Shown: positions 26,789 through 36,737, counted from the first letter of the stretch. The stretch is DNA of 64,000 nucleotides from an uncultured Gemmatimonadales bacterium (GCA_963716255.1 OY970303.1:5504001-5568000), one strand, 5' to 3'. Notes: generated by a model not told the origin, from the letters alone. Program-made: numbers and translations.

Positions 26789-27871
26789 ATGGACGACACC
26801 GGCACCCCGCGCCCCACGCTCGCCACCCTTCCTCCCGCCCCTGCGGGGAGGACCGGCTGGCCGTGGACCGAGGAGACGCCCGCCCCCGCCGCGGAGGCCG
26901 GCCGCTCCATCTGGCCGCGGGTGAGCGTGGTGGTGCCGTCGTTCAACCAGGGGCGCTTCATCGAGGAGACGCTCCGCTCCGTGCTGCTCCAGGGGTATCC
27001 CAACCTGGAGCTGATCGTCATGGACGGCGGGAGCACGGACGAGACGGTGGAGGTGCTCCGCCGCTACGAGCCGTGGCTGGCGCACTGGGTGAGCGAAAAG
27101 GACCGCGGGCAGACGCACGCCATCAACAAGGGGCTGGAGCGCGTCACCGGCGAGATCTTTTCCTACCTGAATTCCGACGACCTGCTGGCGCCGGGCGCGC
27201 TGCGGGCCGTGGTGCAGGGCTTCCGCGCCCACCCCGAGGCCGACGTGGTGTACGGCCGCTGCGTGTACATCGACGAGGGCGGCGCCGAGCAGTTCACGGT
27301 GCAGGCCCGGTTCGACGGCTTCCTGGACTACCTGCGCATCTGGGACCGCCTGAACCGGCGCGAGTTCCTGACGCAGCCCGAGGTGTTCTGCCGCACCGGC
27401 GCCGTGGTGGACGCGGGCGGGTTCCGCGAGGAGCTGCGCTCGGTGATGGACCTGGAGATGTGGCTGCGCCTGCTGTCGCGCGGGCACGTCTTCCGGCCCG
27501 TGGACGCGCCGGTGGCCAAGTTCCGCATGTACGCCGCGCAGAAGTCGTCGGTGGACCCCGGCTACGAGCTGTGCCGCGTGGTGGAGGAGTACGTGCGCGG
27601 CAGCGGGTTGGTCTCCCCGGAGGAGCAGGCGACGCTCCTGGCCGAGCTCAAGGAGGCGAAGGCGCACCTGCTGGTGCGCGCCGGGATCGCGGCCACCCTG
27701 CTGGACCGCTACGGAGACGGAGTGCGCTACTGCGTGGCGGCGGCGGCGGCGCACCCGCGCATCGTGGCGACGTACCCCTTCTGGGCGGTGCTCGCGCACC
27801 CGGCCAAGCGCTTCGTCCCCCGCTCCACGCGGGGGCGCATCCAGCGGCTCTTCGGTGCCTCCGGTGCGTAG
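26789..27871 (+). CDS. GT2 family glycosyltransferase
   Basis: TGWPW, PSFNQGRFIEET, MDGGSTD, GQTHAINKG, YLNSDD. Confidence 0.92.
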   Translation: MDDTGTPRPTLATLPPAPAGRTGWPWTEETPAPAAEAGRSIWPRVSVVVPSFNQGRFIEETLRSVLLQGYPNLELIVMDGGSTDETVEVLRRYEPWLAHWVSEKDRGQTHAINKGLERVTGEIFSYLNSDDLLAPGALRAVVQGFRAHPEADVVYGRCVYIDEGGAEQFTVQARFDGFLDYLRIWDRLNRREFLTQPEVFCRTGAVVDAGGFREELRSVMDLEMWLRLLSRGHVFRPVDAPVAKFRMYAAQKSSVDPGYELCRVVEEYVRGSGLVSPEEQATLLAELKEAKAHLLVRAGIAATLLDRYGDGVRYCVAAAAAHPRIVATYPFWAVLAHPAKRFVPRSTRGRIQRLFGASGA

Positions 27872-27892
27872 CCCGCGCGGGCCCCGCGGCAC

Positions 27893-29179
27893 ATGCGCGT
27901 AGCCGTCGCCAGCTGGAGCCGGCGCGCGCTGGGCGGGGCGGAGGGGTACATCGGCGCGGTGCTCCCGGGGCTGGCGGAGATGGGGCACGATGTGGCGCTG
28001 TGGAGCGAGCTGGACCAGCCGCTGGACCGCGAGCGGATCCCGCTGCCGGAAGGGACGCCGGAGTGGTGCGCGGCGGAGATGGGGATGGGGAGCGCGCTCG
28101 CCGCCCTGCGCCGCTGGCGCCCCGACGTGGTGTACGTGCACATCACCACCGGGCCGGCGACGGAGGCGGCGCTGCTGGAGGTGGCGCCGGCGGTGCTCTT
28201 CGCGCACGGCTACTTCGGCACCTGCGTGAGCGGCGAGAAGACGCACAAGGCGCCCGTCCCCCGGCCGTGCGGGCGGCCGCTGGGCCCGGGGTGCCTGGCG
28301 CACTACTACCCGCACCGCTGCGGCGGGCTCAGCCCGCTGACCATGCTGCGGGACTTTCGCCGCAACCTGCGCCGGAGGGAGCTGCTGACGGCGTACCGCG
28401 CCGTGGTGACCAACTCGCGCCACATGCGCGCCGAGTACGTCGCCAACGGCTGCGACCCGGAGCGGACGCACGTGGCGCCGCTCCCCGCCGCCGGGCCGCC
28501 CGCCGGGCGTGACGCCCCCGCCGCTGGCTCGTCTTTGTCGCCGGACGGGGCGGCGAGGCTGCTGTTCGTGGGGCGGATGGACCTGCTCAAGGGCGGGCGC
28601 ACGCTGGTGGAGGCGCTCCCCGCGGTCCACGCCGGGCTGGCGAGGCCGGTGCACGCCGTCCTCGCCGGCGAGGGCCCGGACCGCGCCGAGTGGGAGCGGC
28701 GCGCGGCGGACGCGCGGGCCCGCTGCGCCGGGGTGACCACGGAGTTCGTCGGGTGGCGGCGCGGCGCCGAGCTGGAAGCGCTGTGGGACGCCGCCGACCT
28801 GCTGGTGGTCCCCAGCGTGTGGCCGGAGCCCTTCGGGATGGTGGGGCCCGAGGGGGGCCTGCGCGGCGTTCCCGCCGCCGCCTTCGCCGTGGGGGGGATC
28901 CCCGACTGGCTGGAGGACGGCGTGAACGGCCGCCTCGCCCCGGCCGATCCGCCCACCGCCGCGGGGCTCGCCGACGCCGTCGTCGCTTGCCTGCGCGACC
29001 CCGCCGGGCACGCGCGCCTCCGCGAGGGGGCGCTGCGGCTGGCGCGGAGGTTCAGCCGGGAGGCGCACCTCGCCGCGCTCCTCCCCGTCCTGGAGGAAGC
29101 CGCCCGCGGCGGCCGGGACAGCATCCGGGGATCCGCGAGCGCGGTCCCGACGAGAGAGCACACAGCGTCCGATCCATGA
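27893..29179 (+). CDS. GT4 family glycosyltransferase with Cys-rich insert
   Basis: GGAEGY, FVGRMDLLKGG, PSVWPEPFGMVGPE. Confidence 0.9.
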   Translation: MRVAVASWSRRALGGAEGYIGAVLPGLAEMGHDVALWSELDQPLDRERIPLPEGTPEWCAAEMGMGSALAALRRWRPDVVYVHITTGPATEAALLEVAPAVLFAHGYFGTCVSGEKTHKAPVPRPCGRPLGPGCLAHYYPHRCGGLSPLTMLRDFRRNLRRRELLTAYRAVVTNSRHMRAEYVANGCDPERTHVAPLPAAGPPAGRDAPAAGSSLSPDGAARLLFVGRMDLLKGGRTLVEALPAVHAGLARPVHAVLAGEGPDRAEWERRAADARARCAGVTTEFVGWRRGAELEALWDAADLLVVPSVWPEPFGMVGPEGGLRGVPAAAFAVGGIPDWLEDGVNGRLAPADPPTAAGLADAVVACLRDPAGHARLREGALRLARRFSREAHLAALLPVLEEAARGGRDSIRGSASAVPTREHTASDP

Positions 29180-29982
29180 TCCGTGAAGCCGTAATCGACG
29201 TCCTGCGACCGTACCACTTCCGCGGCAAGCTCCGGCTCCTGGCCGGGGTCGCGCCCAGCCGCGGCGAGCGGGACGCCGAGGTGTTCGGCTACCGGGTCAG
29301 GCTCGACCTGGGCGAGGCCATCCAGCGCTGGATCTACCTGGGCGCCTTCGAGCCGCAGGAGACCGCCCTGGTGCGCGGCTGGCTGAAGCCGGGGATGACC
29401 TTCGTGGACGTGGGCGCCAACGTGGGGTACTTCAGCCTGCTCGCCGCCTCGCTGGTGGGCGAGCGGGGGCGCGTGTTCGCGCTGGAGCCCAGCCCGTACG
29501 CCCACGCGCGGGTCGAGGCGACGCTGCGCGCCAACCGCATGCCGCAGGTGCGCGCCTTCCAGATGGGGCTGAGCGCCGAGCCCGGCGAGCTGACGCTGTA
29601 CCTGCCGCCCGAGGCCGCCCGCTTCCACTCCCCCACCATGAGCGCGAGCTCCGGGGGCGACCCCGTGGCCGTGCCCGTCCGCCGCCTGGACGACGCGCTG
29701 GACGAGTGGGGCGTGGACACGGTGGACCTCATCAAGGTGGACGTGGAGGGGCACGAGCCCTTCGTCTTCGAGGGCGCGTCGCGGGTCCTGCGGAGCGGGC
29801 GCATCCGCGCCGTGCTGGTGGAGTTCAACGACTTCTGGCTGCGGCAGCAGGGCGGCACCCCGGAGGCGCTGTACCGCACCCTGCTGGAGGCCGGGTTCGT
29901 GGACACCGGCGGCGAGGCGGAGTTCGCGCCGGAGTGCGTCGTCACCCGCTTCCTCGTGCACCGCGCCGCCGGCGCGGCCTGA
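29176..29982 (+). CDS. FkbM family methyltransferase
   Basis: FVDVGANVGYFSL, ALEPSP, IKVDVEGHE. Confidence 0.92.
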   Translation: MIREAVIDVLRPYHFRGKLRLLAGVAPSRGERDAEVFGYRVRLDLGEAIQRWIYLGAFEPQETALVRGWLKPGMTFVDVGANVGYFSLLAASLVGERGRVFALEPSPYAHARVEATLRANRMPQVRAFQMGLSAEPGELTLYLPPEAARFHSPTMSASSGGDPVAVPVRRLDDALDEWGVDTVDLIKVDVEGHEPFVFEGASRVLRSGRIRAVLVEFNDFWLRQQGGTPEALYRTLLEAGFVDTGGEAEFAPECVVTRFLVHRAAGAA

Positions 29983-30008
29983 GCATCCGTCACCCTTCGC
30001 CCCCGAGC

Positions 30009-30782
30009 ATGTCGCACACGATCCGGGTCCACCTCGACCGGCCCAACGAGGAGCAGCAGGCGGAGGACGACTTCTTCCGGTCGTCCGAGGACGAGCGCGC
30101 CTCCGCCGACCTGTACCGCTCCCTGCTGTACGTGGGCAAGGCGCAGTCGCTGCTGACCTTCGACGACATGGTGAAGCGCTTCGGGCTGAGCTTCCGCGGC
30201 TCGGTGCTGGAGCTGGGCGGCGGCTACGGCTACCTGAGCTCGTACGTCAAGAAGCGCTGCCCGGAGTGCCGGGTGGTCTTTTCCGACGTGTCGCGCGAGG
30301 CGGTGGAGAAGAGCGGCCAGTACGAGGACTTCTTCGGGGTGTCGCTGGACGAGAAGTGGGTCACCGGCGCCGAGGCGACGCCGTTCCCGGACGCCGGCTT
30401 CGACCGCGTCATGTTCTTCGCCAGCTTCCACCACACCCAGGACCCGCAGGCCGCGGTCCGCGAGTGCGCGCGCATCCTGCGCCCCGGCGGCGAGCTGTAC
30501 CTCCTCTTCGAGCCGTCCTGCCCCGGCTACCTCAAGCCGCTGTACGACTTCCACGTGCGGCGCGACGAGGTCAAGGAGAACTACTACTCCGTGGGCGAGT
30601 ACCGCCGCTTCTTCCGGAGCGCCGGGCTGGGCTTCCGGCAGCACAACTACCGCGGCTTCCTGTACCGCCGCTCGGAGCGGGCCATGCTCTACTACGCCGC
30701 GCTGAGCCTGCTGCCCGGGTTCGCGGTGAACGCGTTCCCGTGCAGCCAGGTCATCGTCGGGAGCAAGCCCGGCGCGGCATGA
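30009..30782 (+). CDS. Class I SAM-dependent methyltransferase
   Basis: VLELGGGYG, PFPDAGFD, ECARILRPGG. Confidence 0.85.
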   Translation: MSHTIRVHLDRPNEEQQAEDDFFRSSEDERASADLYRSLLYVGKAQSLLTFDDMVKRFGLSFRGSVLELGGGYGYLSSYVKKRCPECRVVFSDVSREAVEKSGQYEDFFGVSLDEKWVTGAEATPFPDAGFDRVMFFASFHHTQDPQAAVRECARILRPGGELYLLFEPSCPGYLKPLYDFHVRRDEVKENYYSVGEYRRFFRSAGLGFRQHNYRGFLYRRSERAMLYYAALSLLPGFAVNAFPCSQVIVGSKPGAA

Positions 30783-32095
30783 GCGTACCCGGCGGGGTGC
30801 CCGCGGGGCAGGCGCGGCCTCCCCTCGCCGCCGGGAGCGGCGAGCTCCGGGTGGCACCCGTGCCGCGGGCTTCCGCGGGGCGGGGCGCCGCCGACGCCGC
30901 GGCCCACCCCGCGGCCGCGCCGCGCGTGGCCGTGGTGTGCGACCTGCTGGAGGAGCGCTGGCCCAGCATGGACCTGGTGGCCGACATGCTCCTGCGCACG
31001 CTGGGCGAGATGGAGGCGCCGGGCGTGACCGCGGTGCGCGTGCGGCCGTCCATGCGCCGCAGGTTCACGAGCGAGCCGGCGCCGGGGAGCGGCGCGGACG
31101 CCTACGAGCGGCGGCTGCGGGTCAACCTGGACCGCGGGCTGAACCGCTTCTGGGACTACCCGCGCCTGCTGCGCCGCCGCCGGGGCGAGTTCGACGTCTT
31201 CCACGTGGTGGACCACGCCTACGGGCAGCTCGTGCACCGGCTGCCGTCGGAGCGCACGGTGGTCACCTGCCACGACCTGCACACCTTCCAGTGCCTGCTG
31301 GAGCCCGGCCGCGCGCCGCGCTCGGCCATGTTCCGGGCGATGACCGGCTACGTGCTGCGCGGCCTGGGGCGCGCCGGCCGGGTGGTGTTCGACACCGCAG
31401 CCGTGCGCGACGAGGCCGTGGGACGCGGGCTGGTGGCGCCGGAGCGGGCGAGCGTGGCGCACCTGGGCGTGGACCCCGCCTGCTCGCCGCACCCGGACGC
31501 GGCCGCGGACCGCGCCGCCGCCGCGCTCCTCGGCCCCGCGCACGCCGGCGCCCCCGAGGTGCTGCACGTGGGCGGGACCTTCGCGCGCAAGCGCATCGAC
31601 CTGCTCCTGCGCATCTTCGCCGAGGTGCGGCGTACGGTGCCGGGAGCGCGGCTGGTGCGGGTGGGCGGCCCCTTTTCCGATGAGCAGGCGCGGTTGGCGA
31701 ACGAGCTGGGGGTCGCGGACGCCGTCGCCGTGCTCCCCTTCCTGGACAAGGCGGTGCTCGCCGCCGTCTACCGGCGCGCGGCGCTCGTGGTGCTCCCCTC
31801 CGAGGAGGAGGGGTTCGGGCTCCCGGTGATCGAGGCGATGACCTGCGGCACCCCGGTGGTCGCCAGCGACCTCCCGGTGCTGCGCGAGGTGGGCGGCGCG
31901 GCCGCCACCTTCGTCGCCACCGGCGACGTGGCGGCGTGGGGGGCCACGGTCGCGCGGCAGCTCGCCGAGCCCGCGCGCGACCCCGAGCGGTGGGAGGCGC
32001 GCCGCGCCGCGAGCGCGGCGCAGGCGGCCCGGTTCACATGGCAGGAGTACGCACGGAGCATGGTCAAGGTGTATCGCGAGGTGGCGGCGCCGTGA
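30779..32095 (+). CDS. GT4 family glycosyltransferase
   Basis: WPSMD, VVTCHDL, RKRID, PSEEEGFGLPVIEAMTCGTPVV. Confidence 0.9.
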   Translation: MSVPGGVPAGQARPPLAAGSGELRVAPVPRASAGRGAADAAAHPAAAPRVAVVCDLLEERWPSMDLVADMLLRTLGEMEAPGVTAVRVRPSMRRRFTSEPAPGSGADAYERRLRVNLDRGLNRFWDYPRLLRRRRGEFDVFHVVDHAYGQLVHRLPSERTVVTCHDLHTFQCLLEPGRAPRSAMFRAMTGYVLRGLGRAGRVVFDTAAVRDEAVGRGLVAPERASVAHLGVDPACSPHPDAAADRAAAALLGPAHAGAPEVLHVGGTFARKRIDLLLRIFAEVRRTVPGARLVRVGGPFSDEQARLANELGVADAVAVLPFLDKAVLAAVYRRAALVVLPSEEEGFGLPVIEAMTCGTPVVASDLPVLREVGGAAATFVATGDVAAWGATVARQLAEPARDPERWEARRAASAAQAARFTWQEYARSMVKVYREVAAP

Positions 32096-33324
32096 GCGCC
32101 ACGGAAAGGACGGCCGGGCGGCACCCGCGGGTGCTGCAGGTGGGCAAGTTCTACCCGCCACACTACGGCGGGATCGAGACCCACCTGCAGGTGCTCTGCG
32201 ACGGGCTGCGCGACCACGCCGACGTGCGCGTGCTCGTGTCCAGCGACGACCGCAGCCACTCGCTGGAGGTGATCGACGGGATCCCCGTGGAGCGGCTGGG
32301 CACCCGCTTCACCCTGGCGGGCGCCCCCATCTGCCCCGGGATGTCGCGGCGCATCCGCGAGTCGCAGGCCGACGTGGTACACATGCACCTCCCCAACCCG
32401 GCCGCCGTCATGGCGTACCTCGCCAGCGGCCACCGGGGGCGGCTGGTGGTGAGCTGGCACAGCGACGTGGTCCGGCAGAAGGTGCTGGACGCCGCCTTCC
32501 AGCCCATCCTGCGGCGCCTCCTGGACCGCGCCGACGCCATCGTCGCCGCCACCCCCAACTACGTCGCGAGCTCGCCCACGCTGGCGCGCTACCGCGACCG
32601 CACCCACGTGATCCCGTACGGGATCCCTATCGGCGGCTTCGAGCGGCCGGGCGACGCGGTCGCCGCGCTGCGCGAGCGCTTCGGGGAGCGGATGGTGCTG
32701 GGCGTGGGGCGGCTGGTGTACTACAAGGGCTTCGAGCACCTGGTGGAGGCCATGCGCGGCGTGGACGGCCACCTGGTGATCGTGGGGACCGGGCCGCTGC
32801 GGCGGCCGCTGGAGGAGCGGGTGCGGGCGCTGGGGCTGGAGGACCGGGTGACGCTGGTGGGGGGCGTGGACGACACCGTCCCCTTCTACCACGCCGCGCG
32901 CGTCTTCGTCCTCGCCTCCATCGCCCGCAGCGAGGCCTTCGGCATCGTGCAGATCGAGGCCATGGCCTGCGGCCGGCCGGTGGTGAACACGCAGCTGGAC
33001 TCCGGCGTCCCCTTCGTGTCGCGCGACGGGGAGAGCGGCCTCACCGTCCCCCCCGCCGACCCGGCCGCGCTCGCCGCCGCCGTCAACCGCCTGCTGGACG
33101 ACGCCGCCCTGCGCGAGACGCTGGGCCGCGCCGCCCGGGCGCGCGTGGAGCGCGAGTTCAGCCAGGAGGCCATGGTGCGGCGCTTCCTGGCGCTGTACGC
33201 CGGCGAGCCCGAGGCGGCCGCCGCCGGCGCGGCGCGCCCCGGGCGCCCCGAGGCGCAGCGCGCCCGCCCGCGCCCGGCCGAAGTCGCCGCGGCGCGGGGC
33301 GCGCAGGGTGGACCTGCTCGCTGA
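32092..33324 (+). CDS. GT4 family glycosyltransferase (WfcD-like)
   Basis: GKFYPPHYGGIE, GRLVYYKGF, SIARSEAFGIVQIEAMACG. Confidence 0.92.
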   Translation: MSATERTAGRHPRVLQVGKFYPPHYGGIETHLQVLCDGLRDHADVRVLVSSDDRSHSLEVIDGIPVERLGTRFTLAGAPICPGMSRRIRESQADVVHMHLPNPAAVMAYLASGHRGRLVVSWHSDVVRQKVLDAAFQPILRRLLDRADAIVAATPNYVASSPTLARYRDRTHVIPYGIPIGGFERPGDAVAALRERFGERMVLGVGRLVYYKGFEHLVEAMRGVDGHLVIVGTGPLRRPLEERVRALGLEDRVTLVGGVDDTVPFYHAARVFVLASIARSEAFGIVQIEAMACGRPVVNTQLDSGVPFVSRDGESGLTVPPADPAALAAAVNRLLDDAALRETLGRAARARVEREFSQEAMVRRFLALYAGEPEAAAAGAARPGRPEAQRARPRPAEVAAARGAQGGPAR

Positions 33325-33408
33325 AGTGCCTTATTTTCAACCGTTTGTGACCCCGCGGCCGATGTCCTCGTCCGGTGCCGTGGGGCTCCACCCGTTCGCT
33401 CCGGTGAA

Positions 33409-34062
33409 ATGACGCGTGCACGCCTGCTGATCGCGCTCGCCCTCTGCCTCGTCCCGGCCGCGCTCGCCGCGCAGGACGGCGCGCCCGAGACCCCGCCCGC
33501 CACGCTGCGGCCCGGGGACCGCGCCGCCATCCAGGTGTGGCGCAACCAGGAGCTGAGCACCACGCTCACGGTGGGCGAGGACAGCGCCTTCGTGCACCCC
33601 ATCTACGGCGCCGTCAAGGTGGGCGGGCTGCCGCTCCCGGAGGCGCGCGAGCGGGTGCGCCAGTTCCTCACCCGCTTCGAGGGCGAGCCCCGATTCACCA
33701 TGCTCCCCGAGTTCCGGGTGTACGTGGGCGGCGCGGTGCGCGACCCCAACCAGCACTACATGCCGCAGCTGAGCGTGGGCGAGGCCATCACCCGCGTGGG
33801 CGGCTCCACCGCCTCCGACCGGCGGCACCGGGTGCGCCTGGTGCGCGGCGGCCGGCAGTACGTGGAGAACCTGAATGGCTCCGGGATCGCCGCGCTCCTG
33901 CAGACGCCCATCCGCTCCGGCGACCAGATCATCGTGGAGGAGCGGGCCACCTTCACGCGCACCTACGTGGGGCCGGCGCTGCAGATCCTGCAGGCCATCG
34001 GCTCCATCGTCACCACCTACGTGCTCATCGACCAGGTCATCGGCTCGGACGACACGCCCTGA
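33409..34062 (+). CDS. wza: Short polysaccharide export (OPX/Wza-like) protein, Poly_export plus SLBB
   Basis: LRPGD..IQVWRNQELS, P.YGAVKVGGL, VYVGGAVRDP, IRSGDQIIV; adjacent to wzc. Confidence 0.8.
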   Translation: MTRARLLIALALCLVPAALAAQDGAPETPPATLRPGDRAAIQVWRNQELSTTLTVGEDSAFVHPIYGAVKVGGLPLPEARERVRQFLTRFEGEPRFTMLPEFRVYVGGAVRDPNQHYMPQLSVGEAITRVGGSTASDRRHRVRLVRGGRQYVENLNGSGIAALLQTPIRSGDQIIVEERATFTRTYVGPALQILQAIGSIVTTYVLIDQVIGSDDTP

Positions 34063-34102
34063 GACGACGGCCCGGACGATCCCACGACCCCAGCGAACCC
34101 AG

Positions 34103-36526
34103 ATGCACGAGCTGTCCTCCTCCCCGGAAAAGCCCCTGTACCTCCCCGGCGGGAGCGGCGCCCTGCGCCCCGACCCCGAGGCGGAGGGCTCCACCTTCGG
34201 CGAGTACGCCGGCGCGCTCCGGCGCTACTACTGGGTGGTGCTCCTGACCACGGTCGTGGGCCTCGGCCTGGCCGTGTACAAGGTGATGACCACCGAGCAG
34301 CTGTTCGGCTCCCAGGCCTCCGTGGAGATCGGCTCCGAGGGCGCCGCCGCCCCCTCCGGCGGGCTCGCCGGGATCGCCGCCTCGCTGGGCGGCGGCGGGG
34401 CGGGCGGGGTGAGCACCGACGTGGAGATCATCCGCAGCCGCATGATCCTGGGGCAGGTGGTGGACTCCCTGGGGCTCCGCCTGGCCCGCGAGGTCCCCGA
34501 CCTGTGGCGCACCGAGTACCACCCGGTGGGGATCGTGGACGGGGTGCGCATCGCGCCCGACGCCACCACGGCGCCGCTGGAGCTGGCCTTCGGGGACCGG
34601 GGCGTCCGCGTGAGCAGCGGCGGCCGCGAGGCCTCGGCCGCGTACGGGGCGCCGGTGGAGATCGGCGGCGTGCGCTTCACCGTCCCCTCCCGCCCCGGCG
34701 GGACCGACCGGCTGACGCTCCAGGTGATCCCGCACAAGTCCGCGGTGGACCGGCTGCTGGAGAACGTGGTCGTGTACCCGCGCGACAACGTCAGCATCGT
34801 CGACATCGTGGTGACCGGCTACGACCCCGTGGTCACCGAGCGCATCGCCAACGTCACCGCCGAGCTGTACCAGCACTACAGCAGCCGCAAGTCGCGCGTG
34901 CAGGCCGAGCGCCGCCGCGAGTTCGTGGAGGAGCAGCTGCGCACCGGCGAGACCCTGCTGCTGGACGCGCAGAACCGCCTCACCGAGCACCGCAGGAGCG
35001 CCGGGCTGTTCAGCGCCCGCGCCGAGGCCATGACCGGCCAGGTGCAGCGCGGCGAGGTGGAGCTGAAGCGCGCCGAGCTGAACGCCGACCTGCAGATCTA
35101 CAAGTCGCTCCTGGCGCAGGCGCAGAGCACCCGGCGCGAGAGCGCCGACGTGATCCGCACCATCGTCTCCAACCCGGAGATGAGCGCCAACCCCACGGTG
35201 CTCGCGCTGTACGACCGGCTCACCAAGTACGAGTCGCTCCGCGACAGCATCACCACCGGCCCGTACCGCGTCAGCGCCTCCAACCCCGACCTGGCGCGCA
35301 CCGACTCGCTGATCGCGCTGAACCGCAGCGCCCTCATCGAGGCCACGCGCAACCACGTCGAGTGGCTGGAGGCGCGCGTGCGCGGCATGGACGCCATCAC
35401 CCAGCGCTCCGACAGCAGCATCAGCCGGCTCGCCGGCGCCGAGCCCGAGGAGACCCGGCTCATGCTGGAGGTGGAGTCGTTCGGCGAGGCGGTGAAGACG
35501 CTGCGCGAAAAGTACTACACGGCCGGGATCGCCGAGGCCGCGGGCGAGGACAAGGTCACCTTCCTGGACCGCGCCCTCCCCGGCGAGCCCGCCGGCTCCG
35601 GCCCCGTCCGCTCGCTGGTCTTCGGGCTCATCTTCGGCGTCATGGTGGGCGCCGGCGGCGCGGTCGCGCTGGACGGGCTGAACCGCTCCGTCCGCAAGCG
35701 CGGCGAGCTGGAGCGCGTGCTCCACGTCCCCGAGCTGGCCGTGATCCCGCAGGTGCGCTCCCTGTCCGGCGCCCGGCGGCTCCGCCTCCCCGGGATGGCC
35801 GGCGTGGGCGGCCGCGCCCTCCCCGCCGCCGCGCGCCCCGAGCCGCTCGCGGCCACGCAGGTGTACTCCAGCGGCGCCGAAGCGTACCGGACGCTGCGCA
35901 CCAACCTGATCTTCGCGCAGGCGGGGCAGGGGCTGCGCTCCATCGTGGTGACCAGCCCCTCCGGCTCCGAGGGCAAGACCACCACCGCCGCCAACGTCGC
36001 CGTCGCCTTCGCCCAGCAGGGAATGCGCGTCCTGCTGGTGGACTGCGACTTCTACCGCGCGCGGCTGCACCAGGTCTTCGGGGTGCCCAACTCGCCCGGG
36101 CTCGCCGACCTGCTGCTGGGCACCGTCGCGGTGGAGCAGGTGGTGCGCCCCACCGCCGTGGAGCGTGTGTCGGTGATCCCCGCGGGGCCGCTCCCGCCGG
36201 TCAACCCCACCGACCTGCTGGGCGGCGACGTGATGCGCTCGCTGCTGGCGTCGCTCGCCGGCGACTTCGACCTGGTGGTGCTGGACACGCCCCCGGTGCT
36301 CACCAACGCCAACGCGCCCATCCTGGCCACCCAGACCGACGGCGTGGTGCTGGTGGTGCGCGCCGGCCAGACGGACCGCGACACCGCGCGCGAGGCGATG
36401 CAGCAGCTGGCGACGGTCGGCGCGCGTGTGCTCGGCACGGTGCTCAACGACCCGGATGCCACGCTGGTGCAGCGCAAGGGGTATTACGAGGCCGCTGTTT
36501 CCGGAGGGAACGGGAACAGGGCTTGA
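34103..36526 (+). CDS. wzc: Polysaccharide co-polymerase/tyrosine autokinase
   Basis: Two TM helices flanking a coiled-coil region; EAYRTLRTNL, Walker A SPSGSEGKTT, LLVDCD, LDTPPVL. Confidence 0.9.
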   Translation: MHELSSSPEKPLYLPGGSGALRPDPEAEGSTFGEYAGALRRYYWVVLLTTVVGLGLAVYKVMTTEQLFGSQASVEIGSEGAAAPSGGLAGIAASLGGGGAGGVSTDVEIIRSRMILGQVVDSLGLRLAREVPDLWRTEYHPVGIVDGVRIAPDATTAPLELAFGDRGVRVSSGGREASAAYGAPVEIGGVRFTVPSRPGGTDRLTLQVIPHKSAVDRLLENVVVYPRDNVSIVDIVVTGYDPVVTERIANVTAELYQHYSSRKSRVQAERRREFVEEQLRTGETLLLDAQNRLTEHRRSAGLFSARAEAMTGQVQRGEVELKRAELNADLQIYKSLLAQAQSTRRESADVIRTIVSNPEMSANPTVLALYDRLTKYESLRDSITTGPYRVSASNPDLARTDSLIALNRSALIEATRNHVEWLEARVRGMDAITQRSDSSISRLAGAEPEETRLMLEVESFGEAVKTLREKYYTAGIAEAAGEDKVTFLDRALPGEPAGSGPVRSLVFGLIFGVMVGAGGAVALDGLNRSVRKRGELERVLHVPELAVIPQVRSLSGARRLRLPGMAGVGGRALPAAARPEPLAATQVYSSGAEAYRTLRTNLIFAQAGQGLRSIVVTSPSGSEGKTTTAANVAVAFAQQGMRVLLVDCDFYRARLHQVFGVPNSPGLADLLLGTVAVEQVVRPTAVERVSVIPAGPLPPVNPTDLLGGDVMRSLLASLAGDFDLVVLDTPPVLTNANAPILATQTDGVVLVVRAGQTDRDTAREAMQQLATVGARVLGTVLNDPDATLVQRKGYYEAAVSGGNGNRA

Positions 36527-36679
36527 TTCGGGCGTGCCCCCGGCTGGCGCCGGGGTCGGGCTTCGGCTCCGTAACGCACGAAACGACCGTGCGTAACGGA
36601 GTCGAGCCCGCGCAAACAGCCGCGCGGTCTCGCCCCTTCGGGCCGAAATCCCTCACGCGGGGCTCGCGCTGGCGTCCGC
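36527..36679 (+). repeat. Structured intergenic repeat, copy 4 (abuts the wzc stop codon)
   Basis: Variable stems ACGCACG-aaacgac-CGTGCGT and CCGCGC-aaacagcc-GCGCGG. Confidence 0.92.
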
Positions 36680-36680
36680 G

Positions 36681-36737
36681 GGGGCCCCCACCCGGCTCGC
36701 TTGAGGCTCGCCACCCTCCCCCAATTCTGGGGGAGGG
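36681..36737 (+). repeat. REP-like hairpin unit attached to structured repeat copy 4
   Basis: ggggcccccacccggctcgcttgaggctcgcca-ccctccccca-attc-tgggggaggg. Confidence 0.75.
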
